Part shown: piece by piece, positions 1 to 8,604 of the stretch
Numbering within the stretch: position 1 is the stretch's first letter
Layout: the number at the start of each line of letters is the position of its first letter
Assembly: GCA_037442745.1 (NCBI GenBank)
Contig: JBBIPP010000006.1
Location: 17,561 to 81,560, forward strand
Source: an archaeon
GTDB taxonomy: Archaea; SpSt-1190; DYHY01
DNA length: 64,000 nt
Direction: 5' to 3'
Notes under the pieces: model-generated
Told to the model about the DNA's origin: nothing
Databases searched by the model: none
Seen by the model: the letters and a program-made list of their open reading frames with translations, nothing else
Program-made: the position numbers and the translations under genes

Positions 1-1
1 C

Positions 2-628
2 CCATTTGCCCATTTCAGAAAGGAGATAACAATTGAGGAGGTGCTTTCAAGCCCGGTTGTCGCAGACCCGTTAAAAGTCCTTGACTGCGCGCCAGTCTCA
101 GACGGAGCCTCAATAATATTCCTTGGAAACGAGTCCGCCGCAAAGGAGTTCTCAGAGAGCCCTGTCGAGATTCTGGCGTTCGAGCAGGGGTCGGACACAC
201 TTTCCCTCGGGAAAAGGACGGACCTCACAGGCTTCCGTTCAACTAAAACTGCCGGAAAGAGGGCTTTTGAAAGGTCGGGAATTCCAAAGGGAAAAATTGA
301 TATTGTCGAATGCCACGACTGTTTCACAATTGCCGAGCTTTTGGCTCTTGAGGATTTGGGATTCTTCGGGAAAGGTCTTTCCGGGAGGGCGACTCTTTCA
401 GGAGACACCTCTGTTTCAGGATTGCTTCCGGTCAATCCTTCAGGAGGCCTTAAAGCAAAGGGGCACCCTGTCGGAGCTACCGGAGTCTCCCAGATTGCGG
501 AATGCTTCCGACAGCTTTCGGGAACTTCTGGAAACCAGGTGAATGGGGCGAAAACTGCCCTTGTCCACAACGTCGGGGGAGCTGGAGCGACAGCAACTGT
601 AGCAATAATGAAGGGAGGAGCGCCCTAG
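2..628 (+). CDS. Acetyl-CoA acetyltransferase (archaeal/SCP2-type thiolase), 5'-truncated by window edge
   Basis: Frame open from position 2; DCAPVSDGA, ECHDCFT, VNPSGGLKAKGHPVGATG and HNVGG thiolase C-terminal motifs. Confidence 0.93.
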   Translation, partial: PFAHFRKEITIEEVLSSPVVADPLKVLDCAPVSDGASIIFLGNESAAKEFSESPVEILAFEQGSDTLSLGKRTDLTGFRSTKTAGKRAFERSGIPKGKIDIVECHDCFTIAELLALEDLGFFGKGLSGRATLSGDTSVSGLLPVNPSGGLKAKGHPVGATGVSQIAECFRQLSGTSGNQVNGAKTALVHNVGGAGATATVAIMKGGAP

Positions 629-631
629 GAA

Positions 632-898
632 ATGTGCGCCAGAAACTCTTCTCCAAAGGCCTTCCGGAGGGCGAAAACTGAATTCGGGAGAATCCCTCCC
701 TCTGGAAAAATCGCCTCTTTTACCGAGAGCAAGGAGGGGTTTTCCGGGTTAATTGATGTCGGGAGGGCAGGGGAGCTTATTTTCGGGAAAATACTCTCGT
801 CCGGAAAGCCTTCAATAGGGGACAAGGTGCGCCCCGTTCTCAGAATTGTCTCGAAAAGCCCGCCAATAGAATACGGGTTCTCATGGGAGATTGAGTAG
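632..898 (+). CDS. DUF35-family OB-fold protein (thiolase/HMG-CoA synthase scaffold), lacking the Zn ribbon
   Basis: Directly follows thiolase; G-x-I-x-S-F-T ... IGDKVRPVLR ... IEYG pattern typical of the DUF35 OB domain. Confidence 0.65.
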   Translation: MCARNSSPKAFRRAKTEFGRIPPSGKIASFTESKEGFSGLIDVGRAGELIFGKILSSGKPSIGDKVRPVLRIVSKSPPIEYGFSWEIE

Positions 899-1826
899 CG
901 TGGCGTTCTCTCCCGGAAACGTTTTCCTCTCGGGAGAGCATTCTGTTGGCTGGGGGTTCCCTGCAATTCTCGGGGCAACTTCAATCGGGACATTCTCTGT
1001 CGCAAAAATGTCTAAAGGGAAAAATTCGATTGTCTCGGACAGCTATAAAGAGGGTTCAAGAGAGCTTCATACTCCGCTTTTGCTTGTTGAAAAATTGTCA
1101 GGGGAAAAGCCCCGGCAGGTCCGCGTTTCCTCAGAGCTCCCTATTGAAGGCGGGCTCTCCTCATCAACAGCAGCCCTTGTCTCAATTGCAAGAGCTCTTC
1201 CGAAAGGCCGGGCGCTTTCAAGAAACAACCTCATAAAATTACTACTGCCCTATCAGGCAGAGATCCATGGAGGAAAGTGTTCCGGCGCGGAATTCGTTTC
1301 AAGCGTTTTCGGGGGGTTCAACAAGGTTGTCTCCCGGGAAGGGCGACTGCAAATAAGCAGAATTTGGGCAAAACCTCTCAGGCTTCTTGTTACTGACACT
1401 GGAATACGCGCGCCGACAAAAAAATCGTTCGGAATTCACATGTTCTCCCTTGTAGAGAAAAGGAGAGAATTCGCTCTGGGGAGCTTTCAAAGAATCGGGG
1501 AAATCTCGGATTCTGTCGGGAGAGCTCTGCGTTCCGGGAAAGAGAGGGAGGAGAAACTGGCAGTTCTTTTCAGGGAAAACCAGTCAATTCTCAAAAGACT
1601 CGGGGTCTCCCACAGAATTATTGAGAAAATCTCGTCAATTGCGAACAAGGCAGACCCCTTCTCGGGAACAAAGCTCTCCGGCGGGGGGATGGGCGGAGTT
1701 GCCATAACAATAGGGTCGAATCTGAAAGAAATCTCAAAGAAGCTCTCCGAGAGGGGTTTTTCCCCGAAGGAAATAATTGTCGGTTGCTCCGGAGAACGGC
1801 CAAATTCCGAAAGAAGGATTAAATAA
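891..1826 (+). CDS. mvk: GHMP kinase, mevalonate kinase-like
   Basis: PGNVFLSGEHS, LPIEGGLSSS (GHMP ATP loop), KLSGGGMGG; operon with thiolase/DUF35. Confidence 0.75.
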   Translation: MSSVAFSPGNVFLSGEHSVGWGFPAILGATSIGTFSVAKMSKGKNSIVSDSYKEGSRELHTPLLLVEKLSGEKPRQVRVSSELPIEGGLSSSTAALVSIARALPKGRALSRNNLIKLLLPYQAEIHGGKCSGAEFVSSVFGGFNKVVSREGRLQISRIWAKPLRLLVTDTGIRAPTKKSFGIHMFSLVEKRREFALGSFQRIGEISDSVGRALRSGKEREEKLAVLFRENQSILKRLGVSHRIIEKISSIANKADPFSGTKLSGGGMGGVAITIGSNLKEISKKLSERGFSPKEIIVGCSGERPNSERRIK

Positions 1827-1847
1827 CCGGGCTCCCTTTGTTGGGGA

Positions 1848-2573
1848 ATGCCTGAAGTTGACATTGTGAAAAGCGGTATTTCCGGCCTTGACGAAATGCT
1901 AGGAGGGGGCTTTGAGAGGCGCTCCGCAGTCCTCGTTTCAGGGGAGGCCGGATGCGGAAAATCGACTCTCGCCCTCCAGTTCCTCTACAAGGGAATTACT
2001 GAATATAACGAGCCGGGAATCTACATTTCCTTCGAGGAGGACAAGGCAGATGTCTATCGCCATATGCTCCCGTTCGGAATGGATTTCGAAAAAATGGAAA
2101 GGGAGAAAAAGTTCATTTATTTCAGATATCCTCCACACGAAATTGAGAACTTCATTAGCGAGGGTAAAGTAATCCAGGACTCTATTGAGGAGCTCGGGGC
2201 AAAGAGGATTGTTATTGACTCGATAACCTCGTTCGCCCTCCTCTTCAATGACGAGTACAAGCGGAAGCTCGGGATAATAAGCCTTCTCCAGTCAATGAAG
2301 AAATGGGGATGCACTACTCTTCTCACATCGGAAGGGAGTTTCGATTCCCGCGGGAACTTTGAGGCGAAATTCGGGCTTTCATATCTTGTTGACGGAATCC
2401 TCTATCTATACAACATCCGCAAGGGAAATGTCAAGGAAAGGGCTTTTGAGGTTGTGAAAATGAGGGGAGTAAAGCACAGGACAAACATTTGCCCGGCACT
2501 TATGAACGACAGAGAGGGCCTAGAGCTCTACCCGAACGAGCCGGTTTTCAACGAGGAAAGCTGTTGGAAATAG
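1848..2573 (+). CDS. KaiC/RAD55-family RecA-superfamily ATPase
   Basis: SGISGLDEMLGGG, Walker A GEAGCGKS, YISFEE, RIVIDS, VVKMRG. Confidence 0.9.
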   Translation: MPEVDIVKSGISGLDEMLGGGFERRSAVLVSGEAGCGKSTLALQFLYKGITEYNEPGIYISFEEDKADVYRHMLPFGMDFEKMEREKKFIYFRYPPHEIENFISEGKVIQDSIEELGAKRIVIDSITSFALLFNDEYKRKLGIISLLQSMKKWGCTTLLTSEGSFDSRGNFEAKFGLSYLVDGILYLYNIRKGNVKERAFEVVKMRGVKHRTNICPALMNDREGLELYPNEPVFNEESCWK

Positions 2574-2579
2574 CTTGAA

Positions 2580-3611
2580 TCAGCAGTCGCCAATCGCAAG
2601 ATTGAGCTTGGAATATATTTCAGTGCCTTTAGGGACAGTTGCTTTCAGGTGATAGCAGAGGTCGCAAACATTGCTGAAAAAGGGAACTGGAAACCCGGCA
2701 ATATTCAGTATCTGGGCTGTTCGCGCAAGTCCTTCCTTTGCAAGACAGTATGACACTGCGTCGGAGGAGAATGCGTCAAGAACCTGCTCAGGAGAAGGAT
2801 ATTGTCCGCTCCGAACATCAAGAGCGCGGTTTTCGGGAAAATCCCCTCCGAAAGAACAGCAAGGGTACACGTGCGCAAGTCCGGGTTCCGACTTGTCCGG
2901 CGAGAAGGTCGGGTTGCGATGGCAGTTCCTCGCTGAAGCTGGATAGAGTCCCTTATTTCCTTTTCCCCTTCCGAATTGTCCGGCCGGCGAGACTGAGACT
3001 CTGTATACGCCCTCTTTGCCGGAAGGGCTTTTTACAAAAAGCGAGGCGTCTCTGTATGAAATTGAATATTCTTCGGGAGCGGATGCGCATATTTCCGAGA
3101 GAACCTTTTCGGCGGAAATCCTCTTCGTATAGAGGGCAGTAAGGGTTGCATCGGGAACGCCTGCGTCCGTTGATGCGGAGAAAAAGTTGGCAACATTCCT
3201 TGCAGGGATTTTGTGCATATGGCCTTCTCCTGTTGAAACGTTCCAGGATGGGAGGCCGACCTCCTGCGAGAATTGCGCAAGCATTTTTCCTGCGGATTCG
3301 AGGGTTCCTGCGAACCAGGCGTTGGAATTTATTGTTGGAAGAATCCCCCTTCCAAAAAGTTCGGAAACAGCGGTTTTCAGTGCAGGAAGGTTTTTTGGAA
3401 GAGTTACTTCACCTCCGGACAAGATATTGTTGTCGGAAAAACCGAGTTTGCGCCCTTCCGGAGTTTTCCTGAGGACATCTGAAACTTCAACCCACCAGGA
3501 AACGTCTTCAGGGAAAAGACGGGCGCTCCTGTTGTTTTCGCTACCAGATTCGTTCCCGCAGTAAAAGCAGTCGGCAACGCAATCATAGCTAATGACTGTT
3601 ATTGAAGTCAT
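2580..3611 (-). CDS. Radical SAM protein
   Basis: N-terminal CxxxCxxC (CVADCFYC), SGGE motif, C-terminal YPCC and CDLC cysteines. Confidence 0.75.
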   Translation of the reverse strand: MTSITVISYDCVADCFYCGNESGSENNRSARLFPEDVSWWVEVSDVLRKTPEGRKLGFSDNNILSGGEVTLPKNLPALKTAVSELFGRGILPTINSNAWFAGTLESAGKMLAQFSQEVGLPSWNVSTGEGHMHKIPARNVANFFSASTDAGVPDATLTALYTKRISAEKVLSEICASAPEEYSISYRDASLFVKSPSGKEGVYRVSVSPAGQFGRGKGNKGLYPASARNCHRNPTFSPDKSEPGLAHVYPCCSFGGDFPENRALDVRSGQYPSPEQVLDAFSSDAVSYCLAKEGLARTAQILNIAGFPVPFFSNVCDLCYHLKATVPKGTEIYSKLNLAIGDC

Positions 3612-3659
3612 TTAATCCTGCAAAAGGATTTTGTTTAAATAATTATCACTCAAGAGTGT

Positions 3660-3902
3660 TTAAATATTGTCAGTGAAAACCATTCTTGGCTTGCCAGACA
3701 AGAGCCTCTTTTCCAAGGAATCTTTCTCTGAAAACGGGTCTTCCGGAAGGGCAATTCTCTCAGATAATCCGCTATTCCCGCTTTGTTTGAATGTCCGTTC
3801 CTTCAATTCAATTGACGCAAGAAGAGAGTCTTCATCGAAATCAATCGGGTCTTTTGAAAGCCTATATTTCCTTCCGGTCGCAATATAGACGGTTTCAGGC
3901 AT
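3660..3902 (-). CDS. Small hypothetical protein (80 aa)
   Basis: ATG ORF filling the gap between TBP and radical SAM genes on the same strand. Confidence 0.5.
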   Translation of the reverse strand: MPETVYIATGRKYRLSKDPIDFDEDSLLASIELKERTFKQSGNSGLSERIALPEDPFSEKDSLEKRLLSGKPRMVFTDNI

Positions 3903-3927
3903 TTAATTAACTGGTTTTTTCGGATAT

Positions 3928-4869
3928 TTATCTCTTCCCGAACAGCTTGCCGAAAAGGCCTCTGGAGGATTTTTTCTGGGGTTTGGCTTGCTTTGGCTTG
4001 GCTTTTGCCTTGGGCTTGGAGCGAGGTCCGGACTTTGAGCCAGCTCTTTCGGGCTCGCCCTTGGGCTCGCCCTTGGGCTTGCCCTTTGGCTTGCCCTTGG
4101 GCTTGCCCTTGGGCTTGCCCTTGGGCTTGCCCTTTGGCTTTTTCCCTTTCCGTTTGGGCTCGGAATCGTCTGAATCATCTACTTTTCCGGCAATTGGCCT
4201 ATATTCCATTGAAGCTGGGATTGGCTGGTCGAGCTTGATTTCCTGCCTCCCTTCGTTCGCTCCTGATGCCTGGGCAGCTGCGGCTGACTCTGCCTCCCTT
4301 TTGAGGGTTTCCTCGTCTTTTTCCCTCGCAGCCCCGCTCCGGTTGACTGTTGTAACGAGCTTTTCAATTGCTTTCCTCAAGTCTCGGATATCTTTCAATC
4401 CGGCCAGGACGCACTTTCCGCTCGAAAATATCAGAAAAGTAACGTTCGGATCGTGTATTTTGTAGGTGAGCCCCGGGAAAAGTTCTGGCGAATAATATGC
4501 GTCAAGGACTTTTCTAACGAATTTCTCAAGGTCAACGTCAACCCCCATCTCAAGGGAGAAGACCATGTTCTGGACCTCAATGTTATACTCCTTAATTGTC
4601 GCTCCGATCTTCTTCAGGTCCTTCCTCAGGTCGTGGGCGGCCCGTTCCAGCTGCTCGACGGACCTGCATCCGGCAAGAACAGCTTTGCCGTTCTTGAAGA
4701 GGAGGAAAGTGTGCCCTTGTTGCATATGGTAAATTGCTCCCGGGAACTTCTCCGGAGTGAATTCCGCGCCAAGGACCTTTGAAATCTTCTCAAGCGGGAA
4801 CTCGACATGGAATTTGCATGACGCGACAATGTTCTGAGGGGTAATCTTTACGTCTTCTGGGGTTAACAT
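3928..4869 (-). CDS. tbp: TATA-box-binding protein with ~130-aa C-terminal extension
   Basis: Two TBP repeats (QNIVAS...PEKFPGAIY...FLLFKNGKAVLAG; QNMVFS...PELFPGLTY...FLIFSSGKCVLAG). Confidence 0.95.
   Translation of the reverse strand: MLTPEDVKITPQNIVASCKFHVEFPLEKISKVLGAEFTPEKFPGAIYHMQQGHTFLLFKNGKAVLAGCRSVEQLERAAHDLRKDLKKIGATIKEYNIEVQNMVFSLEMGVDVDLEKFVRKVLDAYYSPELFPGLTYKIHDPNVTFLIFSSGKCVLAGLKDIRDLRKAIEKLVTTVNRSGAAREKDEETLKREAESAAAAQASGANEGRQEIKLDQPIPASMEYRPIAGKVDDSDDSEPKRKGKKPKGKPKGKPKGKPKGKPKGKPKGEPKGEPERAGSKSGPRSKPKAKAKPKQAKPQKKSSRGLFGKLFGKR
4051..4146. repeat. 12-bp tandem repeat (GGGCT[C/T]GCCCTT, 7 copies plus 1 degenerate) encoding KPKG/EPKG in the TBP tail
   Basis: Directly visible contiguous units, no spacers. 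Confidence 0.95.
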
Positions 4870-4924
4870 TGGAGCTTAAAAAGGATGGAAGGTATTTAAA
4901 TATAGTATATAAATAGGCCTTTTT

Positions 4925-5716
4925 ATGGGAACAAAAGTGAAAAAGCCTGCGCCTATGCGGGGAAAGACCCCGAAAAAGAGCAACGCGCCAATTGAAATGC
5001 TCAAAAAGACTGTGGGGAACTCCGATGTTGTCCTCTTGACTGTTGACTCCCGGTTTCCAACGCCAAGCGTTTTTGTCGGAAAGCTCTGCAGGGAGGCAAA
5101 AGTCCCTCTCTTGGTTGTCCTGACAAAAGACGACCTTGTCGAAAGCCCGCGGGCTGTCGGTTTCCCTAGCGTTCCTTTCTCAGCCAAGTATCCGGGCAGG
5201 TACAAGAAAATGATTCTCAGGGCAATCTATGCCGCTGCGAGGAAGGGGAAGGATTCCTTGGTCAGGGTCTCGGTTGTCGGCTATCCGAACACCGGAAAAT
5301 CGAGCCTAATAAACTCAATTTCCCACAGAAAATCTCTTTCAGTCTCGCCAATTGCGGGCCACACAAGAGCGGTGCAATGGATACGGTTCGGGCGCATTCT
5401 CCTCTCTGACACCCCGGGAGTAATCCCGGAGAATGTCGGAAAGGACAAACTCGTAATGATGGGGAGCCTGAACATTGATAAGGAGAAAGATCCTGTCGCA
5501 ATCTGTGAAAAGGTCATTGGGGAGATTTTCTCTACAGATATCGGAAGGAAAAAATTCTTCCTCCATTTCGACATACCTCCCTGCCAAAAGGAAGAGGTAA
5601 TTGAAGCGGTCGCAAGAAGGCGGGGCAGGCTGATGAAAGGGGGTGAGCCGAACATTGAGGAGACTGCGAAGATAATTGTAAGGGATTTCCAGAGAGGAAA
5701 AATACGCCTTGGCTAG
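4925..5716 (+). CDS. Circularly permuted ribosome-biogenesis GTPase (YlqF/RbgA family)
   Basis: G4 TKDD before G1 GYPNTGKS and G3 DTPG; C-terminal RDFQRGKI. Confidence 0.92.
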   Translation: MGTKVKKPAPMRGKTPKKSNAPIEMLKKTVGNSDVVLLTVDSRFPTPSVFVGKLCREAKVPLLVVLTKDDLVESPRAVGFPSVPFSAKYPGRYKKMILRAIYAAARKGKDSLVRVSVVGYPNTGKSSLINSISHRKSLSVSPIAGHTRAVQWIRFGRILLSDTPGVIPENVGKDKLVMMGSLNIDKEKDPVAICEKVIGEIFSTDIGRKKFFLHFDIPPCQKEEVIEAVARRRGRLMKGGEPNIEETAKIIVRDFQRGKIRLG

Positions 5717-6849
5717 GCTTTCCCGCCGGAAACTTCGATTCTAGCCATCGGGCAGAGCCTGAGAAGCTTTTCTCTTATCAGGGGGAGCAAGATTCCTTCT
5801 GAGAATATTGTGAAATCCCCTCCCCTTCTAGCCTCGAAAATAGCCTTTTCAATTGCATGGAAGCGGTAGTGGACGTCAAGGAAGCCCTTCTTTGAGATCC
5901 TCCTTGCAACTGAGCCGTAAATCCCCGAGCGGTTGTGGTTAGCAGGGATTTTTTCCCCGTCCTCAAGAACAGGAACAAGCGTTATTTTCCCGTGAACGCC
6001 CTTGTGGGGAAAGACTTTTTCCGAGAATTCAAGAATGCTCCTTGAAGGCAGGGATGACTTTTTCCCGGTTATCAGCTCCAGTTCCTTGTCTAACACAAGG
6101 GGGGCTGGCCTCAAAAACCCGAGTCTATGGACAAGCTCGTCGTCCGAGAAAAAATCGCCGGTCTTCCCGGAAAAAACAAGCTTGCCTCTTTCAAGAGACC
6201 TCACCTCGTCAGCCCATTCGTAGGCAGTCTCAATGTCGTGCGTTGACATTGCAACTGTCAGGCCCTTGCGGTTGAGTTCGTCTGAGAGCTCGAGAAGCTC
6301 GTGGACTATCTCGTTATCAAGCCCGGCTGTCGGCTCGTCCATTATTATCACCTCGGGCTTCATTGCAAGGGCTCCGGCGAGGGAAACCCTTTTTCTCTGG
6401 CCGAACGAGAGGTCCGTTGTCGGCCGGCCCCTGAGAGACTCTATTCCAACCCAGGAAATTGCCTCATCGACCCTCCGTTCTACCTCGTCCCGCGAAAGCC
6501 CGAGATTCAGGGGCCCGAACGCGACGTCCTCTTCCACTGTTGCCGAGAAAATCTGGTCGTCCGGGTTCTGAAAAACCAAAACAACTTTTTCCCGGAGATT
6601 GGAGAGGGATTTTTTGTCATACTTGATTTCCTTTCCCGCGAAGAAAAGCTTTCCAGAATCCGGCCGATTGACCCCGGTTAAGCAAAGGAAAAGGGTTGAT
6701 TTCCCGGCGCCGTTTGGGCCCAGAAAAACAGTCTTCTTGCCTTTTGGTATTGCTAGGCTTATTTCCGAGATTTTTCCCTCGTCGCCATACAAATTGCCAT
6801 ATGAAAAAGATAGTCCCTTTGTTTCAATTATGTTCTCTGCTTTTTTCAT
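5713..6849 (-). CDS. cbiO: ECF cobalt/nickel transporter ATPase with C-terminal extension
   Basis: GPNGAGKST, VFQNPDDQIF, LSFGQRKR, MDEPTAGLD. Confidence 0.92.
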   Translation of the reverse strand: MKKAENIIETKGLSFSYGNLYGDEGKISEISLAIPKGKKTVFLGPNGAGKSTLFLCLTGVNRPDSGKLFFAGKEIKYDKKSLSNLREKVVLVFQNPDDQIFSATVEEDVAFGPLNLGLSRDEVERRVDEAISWVGIESLRGRPTTDLSFGQRKRVSLAGALAMKPEVIIMDEPTAGLDNEIVHELLELSDELNRKGLTVAMSTHDIETAYEWADEVRSLERGKLVFSGKTGDFFSDDELVHRLGFLRPAPLVLDKELELITGKKSSLPSRSILEFSEKVFPHKGVHGKITLVPVLEDGEKIPANHNRSGIYGSVARRISKKGFLDVHYRFHAIEKAIFEARRGGDFTIFSEGILLPLIREKLLRLCPMARIEVSGGKA

Positions 6850-6852
6850 TTT

Positions 6853-7611
6853 CTAAAAATTACCTCCGAGGAAATGGAGGAGAATGAACGAGGAAATTGA
6901 AAGGGCGATCCAGGAAAATCCGGTCCTTTTCGGCTCCCTGAAAATTGGAAAATCTCCCCTGAAATTCCGGGAAACAAGCGCTTTCTCCGCCCTCTCGGCA
7001 AAAGCTAGGCTCCTTGAGAGAAGGGCTGCCGAAATCCGGGCGCTTGTTTTTATTGACCTGAAAAAGCCTGTATAGCCTAGCCGGCACTCTGCGGCAAGTG
7101 TCATTCTTCCAAGTTCCTCCAAAATCATTAGGGAATAGCGATAGACAAGTATTGAGACCTCCGAAACGAACGCTGGAAGGCCAGCTTCCCTGAAAACGAA
7201 CGCGAAATGGGGAACAGGGGTTGATGTTGCAAAAAAAGTGAGGATTGAGAAGCCGGCGATTGCCCGGAGAAAGAGGGTTGCGGAAAGAAGAAGGCCCTCT
7301 TTTGTAAATGACGCTATTCCGAACTCGGCAACCTTTTCTCCGGGAGTTGTCAGAGATATTACTAAAACTGAAATCAGAAGGATTGAGAGAGTCCCTAAAT
7401 AGGCTCCGAGAATTATTTTTGGGAACCGAAAGCCGGTTGAGAAGAATACCAAAACAAATCCTATTACAAAAACCATCAGAGGAACTGCCGGATTCTTCGA
7501 GAAAAGGGACCCTAAAAGGAGGGCAAGGGAAAAGAGGAATTTCCCGGACGGAGGAAGCCCCTTGAACCTGCTCTTCTGGGCAATTGAATCGAGGGAAACT
7601 GTTCCTGTCAT
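6853..7611 (-). CDS. cbiQ: ECF transporter transmembrane T component
   Basis: Hydrophobic protein with YRY, xRLGY and SRNF motifs; operon position. Confidence 0.9.
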   Translation of the reverse strand: MTGTVSLDSIAQKSRFKGLPPSGKFLFSLALLLGSLFSKNPAVPLMVFVIGFVLVFFSTGFRFPKIILGAYLGTLSILLISVLVISLTTPGEKVAEFGIASFTKEGLLLSATLFLRAIAGFSILTFFATSTPVPHFAFVFREAGLPAFVSEVSILVYRYSLMILEELGRMTLAAECRLGYTGFFRSIKTSARISAALLSRSLAFAERAEKALVSRNFRGDFPIFREPKRTGFSWIALSISSFILLHFLGGNF

Positions 7612-7643
7612 TTTCCCCTCTTCAGAAGCCCAGTTTAAGAGCT

Positions 7644-7937
7644 TTATTTTTCCCGCTCGTCCTTCCTTTTCGCTGTTTCCTGCCCGATGAAGTAGCCTAT
7701 TACCCCAGCCCCCATTGCTGCCTGGAGGGCGAAGAGCATTGACTCAGTCTCTGGCTTTGGCTCCCAGAGAGGGGAGAACCATGGCTCGTAATCCGGGGCA
7801 ATTTCGAGTATTGCCTCCTCTCCCTCCATATCAGCTCCCACGAACTCGGAATTCCTGTTCAGAAGGATTGCTCCAAAGAAAATCAGGAAAATTATCCCAA
7901 TCCCCGCCAAATATTTCATCCACGTCGGAACAGCCAT
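7644..7937 (-). CDS. cbiN: Cobalt transport auxiliary protein
   Basis: EFVGAD...PDYEPWFSPLWEP...ETESMLFALQAAMGAGVIGYFIG, the CbiN signature. Confidence 0.93.
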   Translation of the reverse strand: MAVPTWMKYLAGIGIIFLIFFGAILLNRNSEFVGADMEGEEAILEIAPDYEPWFSPLWEPKPETESMLFALQAAMGAGVIGYFIGQETAKRKDEREK

Positions 7938-7938
7938 T

Positions 7939-8604
7939 TTACTTCAATACCTCCGAAAACTGCTTTTGTCTTGATTTCTTCAGGAAATCAAAGAAAATTA
8001 CGAAAAGTATTCCTTCGGCAATTGCTAGGGGGACCTGTGTCAGGGCGAAAATCCCAATGAATGTCCCGAATGACGAGAGGAACCCGGCTGTTGTGAGAGC
8101 GCCTCCCCCGGGATATGCGAGGGCTAGCTGAACTGAAGTCACAACATAAGTAACCAAATCTGATAGCAGAGCCGCGAAAAATACGCTAATTCCGAGGCCC
8201 GCTTTCAGTTTCCGCAATGCCTTGAAAGTGAGGAAGGCGACCAACGGGCCAGCTATTCCCATTGAGACAATGTCCGCTCCGAGAGTGGTTATCCCCCCGT
8301 GAGCAAGGAGAAGGGCCTGGAAAATGAGGGAAATTGTCGCTAGGAACGCCGAGATTCCTGGCCCGAACAGTATTGCCGCAAGGCCTGTTCCTGTTGGGTG
8401 CGACGATGAGCCAGTTACTGAAGGGAGCTTGAGCGCGGAGAGAACGAAAATGAATGCTCCTGCAACGGCAATCATTATCTTCTCATTTGGCCTCTCTTTG
8501 AAAATTTTGGAAACTTTGTATCCGCCATAAAGGACGAACGGCAGGGCAACTAGGTACCAGAATCCCGCCCAGAAGGGGGACAAGAAGCCTTCGGAAATGT
8601 GCAT
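7939..8604 (-). CDS. cbiM: ECF cobalt transporter substrate-binding component
   Basis: N-terminal MHISEGFL metal-binding motif; LKLPSVTGSSSHPTG; LAHGGITTLGA. Confidence 0.95.
   Translation of the reverse strand: MHISEGFLSPFWAGFWYLVALPFVLYGGYKVSKIFKERPNEKIMIAVAGAFIFVLSALKLPSVTGSSSHPTGTGLAAILFGPGISAFLATISLIFQALLLAHGGITTLGADIVSMGIAGPLVAFLTFKALRKLKAGLGISVFFAALLSDLVTYVVTSVQLALAYPGGGALTTAGFLSSFGTFIGIFALTQVPLAIAEGILFVIFFDFLKKSRQKQFSEVLK

Noticed and set aside
4051-4146. Tandem repeats as a possible CRISPR array
   Set aside because: 12-bp contiguous units without spacers, in frame within TBP; no cas genes in the window.
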